Virus record (IMG/VR): IMGVR_UViG_3300037047_000121
Source: a virus
Direction: 5' to 3' (one strand)
DNA length: 64,000 nucleotides
The notes below the pieces were generated by a model. It did not search any database. It was not told where the DNA came from and saw nothing but the letters and a program-made list of their open reading frames with translations. A program made the translations under genes and the position numbers. The first letter of the stretch is position 1; each line of letters begins with the position of its first letter. Positions 45,581 to 55,582 of the stretch are shown here, piece by piece.

Positions 45581-45901
45581 ATGAGAATGAATGCAAACAT
45601 CGCCAGACTGCGCGCCATCGTGCCACAGATCACCAAACTGATGCCCGAGTGGGACTGGACCGTCCTGACCCGTGCCGAGGTCGCTGAGAACGGTCGGTTC
45701 GACCCGCCCTGCGCCGTGCTGGTCGGTCGGCTGGGACCGTTCAGCATCGAGGTCTGTGGGGACGGGGAGACCTACCTGTGCGCGGTCACGGACATCTCTA
45801 ACATCCCGAGTGAGATGGTCCTCACGGTGGACATGGCCGTGCCCCCAGCGCAGATCGCCAAGAACATCCTGGACGCGATCCGGAAAAGCGCCGCGGAATG
45901 A
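45581..45901 (+). CDS. hypothetical protein
   Basis: ORF track; RBS CAGGGAGGG. Confidence 0.5.
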   Translation: MRMNANIARLRAIVPQITKLMPEWDWTVLTRAEVAENGRFDPPCAVLVGRLGPFSIEVCGDGETYLCAVTDISNIPSEMVLTVDMAVPPAQIAKNILDAIRKSAAE

Positions 45902-46182
45902 CCAAACAGGAAACCGCCCAGCAGCTTACGGATCTCAGTGGCGGAGCGGTCACGTGGACGCCTTGTGCCCCGTGTCATGCCTTTGACGCCGAGGCCGGGA
46001 TACCGGACGGTACAGGCCGTAGTATGATCATCGTGGCACGCCACTGGGAGGGTGGCATGTTCACTTTCGACCTACCGGGCAGCATCATCGCAACAGGGGC
46101 AGGGCCTGTCAGTTCTTTGCAGGGACTCCAGGAACGTGCCCTCGCCCTAGCCATATGGTGCGATCTGGCACAGGGCCGCTAA
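45898..46182 (+). CDS. hypothetical protein
   Basis: ORF track. Confidence 0.4.
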   Translation: MTKQETAQQLTDLSGGAVTWTPCAPCHAFDAEAGIPDGTGRSMIIVARHWEGGMFTFDLPGSIIATGAGPVSSLQGLQERALALAIWCDLAQGR

Positions 46183-46211
46183 CCCCGTTCACAGGAACGA
46201 GTGGAGCCACC

Positions 46212-46745
46212 ATGGCCGTTTTCTTGCGGCGTTGTCGCACTCATAAGGATCTGGCCTCCTACCATCAGATTCTCCGCTCGATCTGGGACGAGGGTGGTAT
46301 CACCCGTCGGCACATGTACTCAAATTGGACCGCGTGTCCGGCCCCTGATCGTACTGACTCCATGTTCGGGGCCGTGTTTTTGGTATTCAGTGACGGGGAA
46401 CCCGTTGGGTTTTTCGATGCCGAACTTCCTTACTTGAATGAGGCCGTTATCATCTCCTACGGGCTCGTAGCCGGAGCACGAGGCAAGGGGATCGGGCGCA
46501 TCGCCCTTCGTCGGGTGCTGATACGGCTCTCGGAATTCCCGCTGGTCGAGGCCCACATCCACAGTGCCAACCGGGCCTCCCGGGCTCTTGTAGAGAGCGC
46601 CGGTTTCCGGCATACGGGGTACTCCGACGAGTTGCTCGTTTTCCTTCTGGATCGTGAAGAACTGGCCGCCCGGCAGGGATTTCGGGCGTCGGTTTCGAGT
46701 AGATCCGATCAGAGTTTGGAAACCAGGATTGCTCATGTGCCCTGA
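46212..46745 (+). CDS. GNAT family N-acetyltransferase
   Basis: PVGFFDAE...GLVAGARGKGIGRIALRRVL...AHIHSANRASRALVESAGF; ATG 46212 within track ORF 46155..46745. Confidence 0.7.
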   Translation: MAVFLRRCRTHKDLASYHQILRSIWDEGGITRRHMYSNWTACPAPDRTDSMFGAVFLVFSDGEPVGFFDAELPYLNEAVIISYGLVAGARGKGIGRIALRRVLIRLSEFPLVEAHIHSANRASRALVESAGFRHTGYSDELLVFLLDREELAARQGFRASVSSRSDQSLETRIAHVP

Positions 46746-47022
46746 ACTCAATGATCTGCGTGCGGACTTCCTTTATGTCCGCACGGTCCGACATCTGATC
46801 GAGTGGTGTGACAAGGCTCTGTTTTCCGAGCGCTGGGAGCACCCGCCTTTCGTGACGATGACAGATGACGGGTTTGCTCGCGAAGCGCTCAGAAGGAACT
46901 GGATCACTCTGGTGGAACAGGGTTCCGGGATTCTATCAGCTAGGATCACTGAGAAAGGGATACGCAAAGCGATCCAGTGTGCCAAACATCAGGCGGGCAT
47001 CGTGGATCACACAGAGGTTTAA
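46738..47022 (+). CDS. hypothetical protein
   Basis: ATG 46738 within track ORF 46654..47022. Confidence 0.4.
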   Translation, partial: CPELNDLRADFLYVRTVRHLIEWCDKALFSERWEHPPFVTMTDDGFAREALRRNWITLVEQGSGILSARITEKGIRKAIQCAKHQAGIVDHTEV

Positions 47023-47025
47023 AGG

Positions 47026-47379
47026 ATGCGGCGTAACCATAACATCTGGCGGATGCGGGCTGCGTGGATGATCCGAAATCGGGGGGAGTACCGAGTGGTG
47101 TCCCGAGGATCGGACAACGGGCTCGTGATCAGGTGTTCGGGGGACTTCCCAAAAGTGACGCTCTCCCGTTCTCCAGCAGAAAACCGCACCCGCAGGTTCA
47201 TCCGCAGGGTCAACCTGATCCTGAATGGGATCGACCGGGTGACGTTCAAGGACGGCACGTCGGTCGGTTATCCCAGGGTTTTCCGGTTTCAGCCTTTGGC
47301 ATGGCGCCCCGTTCGGGGGATGACCCAGCACGCAATGACCTTTGATGTGGCCTGGGAAAGCAAGAGGTTTCCTGGATGA
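47026..47379 (+). CDS. hypothetical protein
   Basis: ORF track. Confidence 0.4.
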   Translation: MRRNHNIWRMRAAWMIRNRGEYRVVSRGSDNGLVIRCSGDFPKVTLSRSPAENRTRRFIRRVNLILNGIDRVTFKDGTSVGYPRVFRFQPLAWRPVRGMTQHAMTFDVAWESKRFPG

Positions 47380-48509
47380 GTCTGATCAAGGATACCGAGA
47401 CGACCAAGACGGCTCGGGGTGACGGATACAATTTCTGTTTCGACAAGCGGGATGGGTGGTTTGCCCGCTGCGGGACGTGCAACGCGACCCCGGAGCAGTT
47501 CCGCGAGGAGTCCGAGACCGCGGTCTGTATCCATGGGGGAGATGGAGATCCCCAGTGGTCTCCGGACGGGCCGGAACTGCTGGATTTGGAGATCAGCGTC
47601 AACGGTTGCCCGAATAACTGCAAATTTTGCTATAAGGGCAACAACAACTCGGCGCCCACGAACATGACGCTGGATACCTTCAAAGCGATCATGGATCGGA
47701 TGCCCCCGTCAGTCACACAAATTGCGTTTGGTATCACCGGGGTACAGACGAATCCCGATTTCATCCCAATGCTGATCGAGTGCCGTCGTCGGGGGGTGAT
47801 CCCCAACTTCACCTTGTCCGGTATCGACCTGACGCCCGAGCTTGCGGAGGAGATCGCCAAACACGTCGGTGCGCTGGCCGTCAGTCTCTACGAGAACGAC
47901 CTGGACACGGGGCTGAAAGCCATCCAGATGTTCAAAGACCTCGGGATGGAACAAGTAAACGTCCATCTTCTTGTCGCCACGGAGCGGATGCCGTTTATCC
48001 TTCGGCTGTTCGAGGAGTGGATTCGCGTTCCGACGAGCGTCCTGCGGCGCGTCAATGCGTTCGTCCTGCTGGGTGTCAAGCCCAAAGGGCGTGCTGCGAA
48101 AGGTAATTTCAACCCCCTCCCGATGAACATGTTTCGGGCACTGGTGGAGATGTGCCTCCGGATCGGCATCCCGATCGGGTTTGATTCCTGCTCCGCTCCG
48201 AAGTTCGAGGCTGCGGTCAAACAGATGAGAGGGCTGACGCCCGAGCAGATGGAGAGCATGCTCCGCAACAGCGAAAGCTGCGAGAGCGGCCTGTTCAGTT
48301 CCTACATTGACGTGAACGGCGTGTTCCACGTCTGCTCTTTCGCAGAGGGGGTAGACTGGACTCCCAGTATCCCAGTGCTGGATCACGAATCCTTCCTGGA
48401 GGGCATCTGGCTGCACCCGGAGGTGGTAGCATGGAGAGAGAAACTCCTGGCGACCGCCGCAGCAGATGGCTGTAGGCGTTGCCCGATCTATCAGGAGATT
48501 CACGGGTGA
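47376..48509 (+). CDS. radical SAM enzyme with C-terminal auxiliary Cys cluster (SPASM/twitch-like)
   Basis: CPNNCKFCY (Cx3Cx2C) with an about 80-aa Cys-containing N-terminal extension. The C-terminal cysteines are CESG...CSFAEG...CRRC. 377 aa. Confidence 0.85.
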   Translation: MSLIKDTETTKTARGDGYNFCFDKRDGWFARCGTCNATPEQFREESETAVCIHGGDGDPQWSPDGPELLDLEISVNGCPNNCKFCYKGNNNSAPTNMTLDTFKAIMDRMPPSVTQIAFGITGVQTNPDFIPMLIECRRRGVIPNFTLSGIDLTPELAEEIAKHVGALAVSLYENDLDTGLKAIQMFKDLGMEQVNVHLLVATERMPFILRLFEEWIRVPTSVLRRVNAFVLLGVKPKGRAAKGNFNPLPMNMFRALVEMCLRIGIPIGFDSCSAPKFEAAVKQMRGLTPEQMESMLRNSESCESGLFSSYIDVNGVFHVCSFAEGVDWTPSIPVLDHESFLEGIWLHPEVVAWREKLLATAAADGCRRCPIYQEIHG

Positions 48510-48754
48510 CCCAAAAAATCTGGTGCCCATCACATGGAAAAACTGAAGGACTCGACCCAGACGCTGAGGGAGTCCGATTTTGTGCCCGTTGTGTACAAGA
48601 GAACTGGTATGAGATTCTGCAGCGGGTGAGGGAAAATCCGAGAGCACAAAAAATCGGACTTCGGCATCTACTAAAACGGATCATGCGTCTGAAACGGTTA
48701 GAGCTAGAGGAACGAACACTCGTGGAAACCGACGAGGAAGACATTGATGAGTGA
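48506..48754 (+). CDS. small zinc-ribbon protein
   Basis: GTG 48506 overlapping rSAM stop; WCPSHG...FCARCVQ; track ORF 48479..48754. Confidence 0.35.
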   Translation: MTQKIWCPSHGKTEGLDPDAEGVRFCARCVQENWYEILQRVRENPRAQKIGLRHLLKRIMRLKRLELEERTLVETDEEDIDE

Positions 48755-49106
48755 TCTGCAGTTCCTAGAATTCAAACCTGAAACTCAGATTATTCTCGAC
48801 GGTTGTCTTGTGCCCCACATCACCGCGTCCAAGACGGAGGACGAGAAATTCATACACCTCTCACTAGATCATCGGTTCGGCATTAATGTGTCAACCGATC
48901 ATGTGTACGAGGTGGTGTGGTTTTTAGCAAATGCTATGGCATTTGCCGCAGGGTTTTCATGCTTTGGGGAGAACTGTCAAAAAGTGAACCCGTTCAACCG
49001 CCAGATCCTGGCAGTCACGGGTGTCTCCCACGAGGAACATCCAGCACCCCCCAAGCTGGAACTGGTGCGTGGTACAAATGAAACCGAAAATGAGAAGTCC
49101 GAATGA
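48744..49106 (+). CDS. hypothetical protein
   Basis: ORF track. Confidence 0.45.
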   Translation: MMSDLQFLEFKPETQIILDGCLVPHITASKTEDEKFIHLSLDHRFGINVSTDHVYEVVWFLANAMAFAAGFSCFGENCQKVNPFNRQILAVTGVSHEEHPAPPKLELVRGTNETENEKSE

Positions 49107-49474
49107 AAACCCGACATGGATTCATATCCAATAGCAGTTCGACTAGTTTCACGATTGCCGTCAAGGGCACTCTCCATGACTCGATACTTCGAAAGGTTTT
49201 TGGAGTGCCCGAAACATCTCCGCTCGGGTACTTCGCTTGGGATCTGGCGAAAGTCATGGCTGAGCGTGCCGAGCTGCTTGACGGGGAAGAGCTTCGTCTG
49301 ACGATTGAGTGCGACGGAAATCGCTTCTACCAGGAACTGGCCGATCAGGGGTTCACGATCTACCGAGGAAGTGTTTCAGACCAAGCGTGCGATCCCATCG
49401 AACGAGCCCTATGTGCCATGACTTTCAACTACCGGACGGATGACCTTCTGATCGTCAAAAATGAAACTCTGTAG
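49103..49474 (+). CDS. MKTRxGFVSNSS-family protein, paralog 1 of 9
   Basis: N-terminus MKTRHGFISNSSSTSFTIAVKG; ORF track. Confidence 0.6.
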   Translation: MKTRHGFISNSSSTSFTIAVKGTLHDSILRKVFGVPETSPLGYFAWDLAKVMAERAELLDGEELRLTIECDGNRFYQELADQGFTIYRGSVSDQACDPIERALCAMTFNYRTDDLLIVKNETL

Positions 49475-49482
49475 GAGGTTTC

Positions 49483-49986
49483 ATGAAAGTGAGAGCAGGT
49501 TTCGTATCCAATAGCTCATCCTCCAGCTTCGTGGTCGGATTCCCCTACAAACCAAAAACGGTGGAGGAACTGAGGTACCGGCTGTTCGGGGACAAAGAGT
49601 TGTTCCCGGGATATTATGATGACGTCGAGTTTCCGACCAGTCAGATCGCAGAGGTCGTGTTCCGGGACTTGAATCAGCAGGAACCGATGAACCAGCAGGA
49701 GGTGCTCGAAGAGATCCGGTCCGGATATTTCGACGGGCATCCGGAGTTCAGTTACCACTACGATCCGAAAGAAACGGATGAGCAGATGCGGGAGCGCTGG
49801 GACGAGGAGTCTCGTCAAACCGATGCCGCTGCGGAGGCGCTCTTCCAGCGGGAGATTGCACCCCGGTGGGAGAAACTAGAGTTCTACAGGTTCACGTACA
49901 GTGACAACGACGGACCGCTCCAGACCACCATGGAGCACGGCGGAATTTTCGACGCCCTGACGCATCTGCGCATTTCCCACCACTGA
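49483..49986 (+). CDS. MKTRxGFVSNSS-family protein, paralog 2 of 9
   Basis: N-terminus MKVRAGFVSNSSSSSFVVGF; RBS GTAGGAGG. Confidence 0.6.
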   Translation: MKVRAGFVSNSSSSSFVVGFPYKPKTVEELRYRLFGDKELFPGYYDDVEFPTSQIAEVVFRDLNQQEPMNQQEVLEEIRSGYFDGHPEFSYHYDPKETDEQMRERWDEESRQTDAAAEALFQREIAPRWEKLEFYRFTYSDNDGPLQTTMEHGGIFDALTHLRISHH

Positions 49987-50034
49987 GTCGCCCAAAAAAG
50001 AGTAGAGACCCCTGCAAGCAGCAGGAGGCTCATC

Positions 50035-50391
50035 ATGACCGTTTCCGAATTGATCCGTGTGTTGCGGGAGTTCCCCCAGGACGCTTACGTGGTGGACTGG
50101 TATCAGGATTGCGACCAGAGTTCCCTGGAACACGTCAAGGGGATCCACCTGGGGAGGGCTAGAATGCGCCCCGACGGTCTTCTGAACCCTGATGAGGTCT
50201 GGGGGGAAGAGGGAGTTTGTGAGGCTGAAGGGGTGCCGGTCAAAACGGTCTCTTTCATCCTCTCGCACGAGCGGTCGGATGAGTACGACCGGGTAGTGAA
50301 AGAGGCGTGGCAAGCGGAACGCGCGGCAGCCCTTGAGGCGCTGTATCAGACAAGCATCGACCTGGACGAGGTGCTGCGTGACCAAGACTGA
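50035..50391 (+). CDS. hypothetical protein
   Basis: ORF track. Confidence 0.45.
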   Translation: MTVSELIRVLREFPQDAYVVDWYQDCDQSSLEHVKGIHLGRARMRPDGLLNPDEVWGEEGVCEAEGVPVKTVSFILSHERSDEYDRVVKEAWQAERAAALEALYQTSIDLDEVLRDQD

Positions 50392-50430
50392 GGTGGCCAA
50401 ACTGGCACGAATCCCGAGCGTCAAACGGAT

Positions 50431-50614
50431 GATCGAGGCTCAGGGTGACAAGCAGTACCAGCACCTGACGTGGGAACTGGTACTCCCGGACGATCCGAGA
50501 TTCGAAACGAAACGCCCGGTGGTGGTACTCCGCCGCCAGGATCGGATCGTGGACTTCGTAGCCATCTCCGTGGTCGAGGCTGAGTCCCTCCTGGAGCAGG
50601 AAAAAGCGGCATGA
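50431..50614 (+). CDS. hypothetical small protein (start uncertain)
   Basis: Part of track ORF 50333..50614. Confidence 0.3.
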
Positions 50615-51075
50615 AGGTACGGTCGGGTTTCGTATCCAACAGCAGCACCACCAGTTTCGCGCTGATCGGGTGGAAACTGCCTCTGCCGAAAACCCCCGCG
50701 GGGCTTTGGGAACTCCTTCATAAATTGGGGTATACGCCAAAACCACCCCTGCCGGACACTTGGTGCCTGGACGATTCCGCGGAGGACTATTCGGATCTCG
50801 AAGAGAACTCCCGGATTTTCGAGATCATCAATCATTTCAGGTTCAGTAATCGAAAAGGTTGGTCCGTTCGGGTCGGGATCCAGACCTGGGATGGGGGCCC
50901 TGGGGTTGATGACGGGAAGATGCTGATTGGAGTGGAGTCCTGCGAGGATTGCGATGGCCGCCCCCTAGAGGAAGTGGCCGAGCAGATCAATGCGCTGCGG
51001 GAAAAACTCGGCAAGTCGGACAAAGAGATGGGCGGACTGCGTGTTTTCGTTGACCGAGCCGAACAAGGCACCTGA
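50611..51075 (+). CDS. MKTRxGFVSNSS-family protein, paralog 3 of 9
   Basis: N-terminus MKVRSGFVSNSSTTSFALIG. Confidence 0.6.
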   Translation: MKVRSGFVSNSSTTSFALIGWKLPLPKTPAGLWELLHKLGYTPKPPLPDTWCLDDSAEDYSDLEENSRIFEIINHFRFSNRKGWSVRVGIQTWDGGPGVDDGKMLIGVESCEDCDGRPLEEVAEQINALREKLGKSDKEMGGLRVFVDRAEQGT

Positions 51076-51090
51076 GATCGGAGACTGTCA

Positions 51091-51795
51091 ATGGACTGGG
51101 AGTGGCTTGGGATCTGGTACAACTGGCCGTTTCTGATCCCGTTCATGTTCGCTATCATTTACATCCTCGTAATTGACTTGCTGATCGGTGGGATTGGCCA
51201 TCTTTTCGGGGGTGACACCGACGTTGATGTTTCCGCTGACCACGATGCGGATGTTTCTGTCGATCACGACGTTGACGTAGGACATGCCGATAACATTTGG
51301 GTGGCGAGCCTACACTGGATTGGTGTGGGAAAAGTCCCCGTGTTGATCCTTCTGGAGAGTTTTCTCCTCCTGTTCGGAGGCACGGGCCTGATCATCAACT
51401 GCATTTGGCACGACGTAGCACCAAAAAGCATGGGACCGCTGTCCCTCATTGTAGCCCTTCCTGTGGCCTTCATTGTTAGCGTGCCTGCGACACGGTGGCT
51501 GGCTCAGGTATTGGCTTGGCTGCTTCCCTCTGATGCCACGATTACCCGCGTAGCTGGAGGATTCACGGGTGAATGGGGCACAGTCATCTCGACGGTCACA
51601 ACCGAGTCCGGTCAAGTTTTGATTCCCGGCACGGGAACGATTCCAGATACGGTATTGAATTGCACACGGGATCCGCTCAACACAGCGGAGGATATCCCCT
51701 GTGAGACGAAAATTGTAGTGGTGGATTACCTAGCTGGTACGAACAGTTACACAGTGGCCCCTATGGACATCCCCAGGCTAGGAGGTGATGAATGA
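51091..51795 (+). CDS. NfeD-like membrane protein
   Basis: N-terminal TM helices (WPFLIPFMFAIIYILVIDLLIGGIG; VLILLESFLLLFGGTGLII) and a C-terminal beta-rich domain; directly precedes an SPFH/flotillin gene with an ATGA overlap, the canonical NfeD-SPFH operon arrangement. Confidence 0.6.
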   Translation: MDWEWLGIWYNWPFLIPFMFAIIYILVIDLLIGGIGHLFGGDTDVDVSADHDADVSVDHDVDVGHADNIWVASLHWIGVGKVPVLILLESFLLLFGGTGLIINCIWHDVAPKSMGPLSLIVALPVAFIVSVPATRWLAQVLAWLLPSDATITRVAGGFTGEWGTVISTVTTESGQVLIPGTGTIPDTVLNCTRDPLNTAEDIPCETKIVVVDYLAGTNSYTVAPMDIPRLGGDE

Positions 51796-53930
51796 CAGAT
51801 CTACTGACGCTGGGAACTGTAGCTGAACGGATGGAGGAAGGTAGCGGAATGAACGGACTGATCATGGCGGGTATCGTGGCAGGAGGGATTGTCGTCCTGT
51901 TGGTCGGCATTATCCTGGCAATCAAAACTTTCAGGAAGGTGCCCAAGGCGGACGAGGCGCTCGTCAAAACGGGTACAGGCAAAGCGCCTACGGTCAGTAC
52001 CGGCGGTGGGCTCTGGGTCATCCCGATGTTCCATCAGGTAGCTCGTGTCACCCTTCAGGCGATTCGTATTCCTATCGATCGTATGGGGGCGGACTCGGTT
52101 CCCTCGAAGGACATGATCCCCTCCGAGATCAAGGGGGAGATGTTCGTTCAGGTCAATCCGCAGGATCCCAAGGCGATCGTCCTCGCCGTGCAGAGCCTCG
52201 GTGTTAGCAATGACCCAGGGCAGATGGCTAAGACGGTTCAGGAGAAGATCAAGTCCCAGATCACGGATGCCCTCCGAACGGCGGCGTTCAAAAAGACTTT
52301 CATCGAACTCAACTCGCAGAAAAAAGAGTTCGGTGAGGAGGTACAGAAACTCCTCCAGGTCGACCTGGGCAAAATGGGTCTTACCCTGACCACGGTCGCC
52401 ATCACACACGTAACCCAGGGTCAGTTCAACAAGGACGCCGGGGATGTGTTGAGTGCAGAGGGTCGTCGCAACGTTGCCGAGACCGTCAAACGCAACGAGC
52501 AGCAGACGAACGAGATCACGAAAAAGGCTGAGATCCAGATCCAGCAGCAGAACGTCGACGCCCGGGAACAGGCACTCACCCTCGACCTGCGCCAGCGGCA
52601 GCGTGAAGCCGACCAGAAACGACAGGTAGCCGAGTACGAGGCTACGCAGGCGGCGGAACAGAAGAAGCAGGTCTTGCTCCAGGAGCAGGCACAGGCAGAG
52701 GCTGCTGCAGCCCAGTCGCGTGCTATCGCAGAGGCCAATGCTAAAGAGGCGGAGAAAGCGTCCAAAGCGCAGATCGCGCAGGAAGAGCAGGTCGCCATCC
52801 GCACGTCACAGGCAGGGGCAGCCAAGAAAGCCGCCGCTGAGACCGCGCAGATCACGATTGCGGAAGCCGAGGCACTGCGTAAGGTGGCTGAGGAAGAGGC
52901 CGCCCGGAAGAAGCTGGAGGCCGAGATTGCCAAGGCTAAGTCGGTCGAAACCGCAGAGATCGAAAAACGGAAAGTGATCGAGGCAGCCCAGATCGAAAAG
53001 GACCAGACGATTAAGGTCGCGGACGAGCAGCGCCAGCAGGCCGTAACCGAGGCCGCCGTCGCCCGTGAGCAGGCGGTCGCCCTGAAGCGTGCCGAGGAAG
53101 CAGCCGCCCGTGCCACGCAGGCCGCCGCCGAGGCCAAGCAGAAGTCCGCAGAGGAGTCCATCATCACGGTCAAGGCAACGGCTGAGGCCAACCGCCGCAA
53201 AGACATCGTGACAATTCAGGCGGAAGAGGACGCGTCCAAGGATCGGATTCAGGCCGACAAGCTGGCTTACGTCATGGCCAAAAAGGCAGAGGGAGAGCGC
53301 GACGCTGCGCAGAAGATGGCCGAGGCAACCAAGGCGGAAGCCGAGGGTCGTGCCGAGGCTCAAAAGGCCCAGGCCGATGGTGCCGCGCAGGCGCTCAAGA
53401 CCGAGGCCGAAGCCTATGCCGCGAACCTGACGACCCGTGCGTCGGCAGAATTTGAGGCAGCCGAGAAGCAGGCCGAGGCACGCAAGAAGCTGGCCGAAGC
53501 TGCCCTGAGGGAGGGTGAGGCGCAGGCCGAGGCACGACGTAAGATGGTCGAGGCCGAGAACTCGGTGTCGGCCTCGATCATGATCAAAGATGCGGTCATC
53601 GAGGCGATCAAGGTCGCCCCATCCATCCTCCACGAACTGATGGCGCCAGTCGCCAACGTCGCCCACGACGTCAAGATCCTTCAGGTCAACGGGCTCAACG
53701 GTGAGGGTAACGGCCAGGGCCAGTCGATCCCGGGCACCATCCTGGGCACGGGCATGGCGCTTTCCGGAGCCCTTCCGGTCGTTCGGGAGATGGCCGAGAG
53801 CCTCAGAAACAACTCGGACGTGCAGGCCCTCACGGGCGAACTGACGGGGCTCATCAAGGGAGCCCTCAAGACGGTCGCGTCCGGGGTCACTGAGGGCGCC
53901 AAGGCCGGTCTCACCGGGGGCAACGCCTGA
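51792..53930 (+). CDS. flotillin-like SPFH (band 7) domain protein
   Basis: N-terminal TM (IMAGIVAGGIVVLLVGIILAI), SPFH-like ALVKTGTGKAPTVSTGGGLWVIPMFHQV..., then >400 aa of Ala/Glu/Lys/Gln-rich coiled coil and a C-terminal Gly-rich tail, as in FloT/YqiK. Confidence 0.75.
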   Translation: MTDLLTLGTVAERMEEGSGMNGLIMAGIVAGGIVVLLVGIILAIKTFRKVPKADEALVKTGTGKAPTVSTGGGLWVIPMFHQVARVTLQAIRIPIDRMGADSVPSKDMIPSEIKGEMFVQVNPQDPKAIVLAVQSLGVSNDPGQMAKTVQEKIKSQITDALRTAAFKKTFIELNSQKKEFGEEVQKLLQVDLGKMGLTLTTVAITHVTQGQFNKDAGDVLSAEGRRNVAETVKRNEQQTNEITKKAEIQIQQQNVDAREQALTLDLRQRQREADQKRQVAEYEATQAAEQKKQVLLQEQAQAEAAAAQSRAIAEANAKEAEKASKAQIAQEEQVAIRTSQAGAAKKAAAETAQITIAEAEALRKVAEEEAARKKLEAEIAKAKSVETAEIEKRKVIEAAQIEKDQTIKVADEQRQQAVTEAAVAREQAVALKRAEEAAARATQAAAEAKQKSAEESIITVKATAEANRRKDIVTIQAEEDASKDRIQADKLAYVMAKKAEGERDAAQKMAEATKAEAEGRAEAQKAQADGAAQALKTEAEAYAANLTTRASAEFEAAEKQAEARKKLAEAALREGEAQAEARRKMVEAENSVSASIMIKDAVIEAIKVAPSILHELMAPVANVAHDVKILQVNGLNGEGNGQGQSIPGTILGTGMALSGALPVVREMAESLRNNSDVQALTGELTGLIKGALKTVASGVTEGAKAGLTGGNA

Positions 53931-54784
53931 TGAACAGACGGGTTCCTGCGGGTTCCAAGGGCACGAGACGGGGCTCCCCCAAAACCCGCAGGAACCCGTC
54001 TCGACGAAGGACGCGCCAAATGAAAAGTCAGCTTCCCGCGGGTGACCAGATCCATCCGGTCACCCGTGAGGAGGCCGCCTCGTTATCGAGCGGTCTCCTC
54101 ACGATGATAGAAAAGAACCCGGGGTTGGGGGAACAGCCCCTCATGGTACTCCTCACCCGGCTCCTGTTGGGGGTCACGGGTCAGCGTACCCTTGCAGTCA
54201 TCCCCCAAATTGCCTCTCAGGAGATGCCCGACAAACAGCCGTTGACCGAGTTGACCGAAGCGAACGAGAAACTTCGGTCCAAGGTCAAGGAACTGGAAGA
54301 TCGGGTAGAGGATCTCCAAGGGGAACTGGACGACGCCAACATGGCCATCATGTCCAAACCGGACGAGCAGGAGATGCTGCGGCTGACGGCCGAGGCCGAA
54401 CGCCTGGGGGGGAAACTCCGGGACGCCGAGGGACTCGTCCGTACCTGTGAGGATCAGATCGCAAGGTTGGGCCGGGATCTCAAAGCTGCGTCAGATCGTG
54501 AGACCCTCCTGAAAACCCAGCTTAAAGGTGCCGAGACGAAACAGGAGGCACTCTGGCGGGATTTTGAGGCCGCCACCGCGAAGGCGAACACCCAGGACGC
54601 ACTGGTCAAAAAGATCAAAGAGATCGAGTGGAGTTCCAAGCACCCATCGTTCACGTGGTCTCGGACGGGCGCCAAAATCGCCTGCTGCCCCGTGTGCCAG
54701 GGACTGGAGCCCAACGCCTCGCCTCACCGGGAAACGGGACACCGCAACGGGTGCGCCCTACAGAAAGTCATCAAACTTATCTAG
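53930..54784 (+). CDS. hypothetical coiled-coil protein with C-terminal CCPVCQG...C motif (start uncertain)
   Basis: ORF track. Confidence 0.45.
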   Translation: MNRRVPAGSKGTRRGSPKTRRNPSRRRTRQMKSQLPAGDQIHPVTREEAASLSSGLLTMIEKNPGLGEQPLMVLLTRLLLGVTGQRTLAVIPQIASQEMPDKQPLTELTEANEKLRSKVKELEDRVEDLQGELDDANMAIMSKPDEQEMLRLTAEAERLGGKLRDAEGLVRTCEDQIARLGRDLKAASDRETLLKTQLKGAETKQEALWRDFEAATAKANTQDALVKKIKEIEWSSKHPSFTWSRTGAKIACCPVCQGLEPNASPHRETGHRNGCALQKVIKLI

Positions 54785-54871
54785 TTTCGTCCTCAAATCC
54801 TATGGAATAGAGTAGAGAGCTATGTCGGTTCCTGTCGTCATGGCTCTATTCAGCAACCGAAGGAATGAAGC

Positions 54872-55072
54872 ATGAAGAATCTCGAAGAGGGAACTCGGGT
54901 TACGGTTCGCGGTTTGATGGGGTTGGACGGTATGTCGGGCTGTGTCCGCGGGATCGCCATGGACGAGCCCGGGGTTACCGTCTACCTCGTGCAGTTCGAC
55001 AACATCCTCGACCCCAAAATCTATCCCTACACGGTCGTAGCTATCCCGGAGATGAACCTTCAAGTGGGGTGA
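54872..55072 (+). CDS. hypothetical small protein
   Basis: ORF track. Confidence 0.4.
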   Translation: MKNLEEGTRVTVRGLMGLDGMSGCVRGIAMDEPGVTVYLVQFDNILDPKIYPYTVVAIPEMNLQVG

Positions 55073-55076
55073 TCCC

Positions 55077-55313
55077 ATGTGCAAATTGGCGCGAGTCTTG
55101 TTTTACGCCCCTGGGGCCATCCTCATTCTCGCTTTTGCAGCACACTCCGAGTGGCGTTACCGCCGTTGGGTGAAAGTCCTGGAAGAGATGAAACGGGATG
55201 AGGATGGGGACCTGATCGGGATCGAGCAGGTGCCCATCCACGTCTTGTGGCGGCGCACGAACGAGGCTCTTTCAGAATACACCGATAACCTTACTGCCGA
55301 AATCCAGTCCTAA
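55077..55313 (+). CDS. hypothetical small protein
   Basis: ORF track. Confidence 0.4.
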   Translation: MCKLARVLFYAPGAILILAFAAHSEWRYRRWVKVLEEMKRDEDGDLIGIEQVPIHVLWRRTNEALSEYTDNLTAEIQS

Positions 55314-55330
55314 CTCGGAGATGACCCCTC

Positions 55331-55582
55331 ATGTATGACGAGTACTGGACTAAGCGAGATGGTACGCAGATCCTCGTCGGACACATGGAGGAGGGACATC
55401 TTCGGAACACCCTCCGGTTGCTGGAACGCAAAGGACTCCTGAAAAACGCGTCGCATTTGCCAGAAGAAGCCGCCAGACAATCTCTCCGAGAATATATTCA
55501 GTTCCAACGCGAAGCTGCGCTGGACGACGAACTGGGGGAACTAGCCATGTCCGGTATGGACTATTATGGAAGTCTAGAGTGA
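55331..55582 (+). CDS. hypothetical small protein
   Basis: ORF track. Confidence 0.4.
   Translation: MYDEYWTKRDGTQILVGHMEEGHLRNTLRLLERKGLLKNASHLPEEAARQSLREYIQFQREAALDDELGELAMSGMDYYGSLE

Noticed and set aside
47709-48647. 312-aa minus-strand ORF over the radical SAM gene
   Set aside because: The plus-strand frame carries the CxxxCxxC motif and a coherent domain organisation; the antisense frame is compositionally atypical.
52421-53674. Minus-strand ORFs 52421..53206, 52806..53666 and 53414..53674 inside the flotillin gene
   Set aside because: Antisense of the GC-rich Ala/Glu/Lys coiled-coil region gives long Ala/Ser/Cys/Leu-rich frames; the plus-strand SPFH protein is clearly the real gene.
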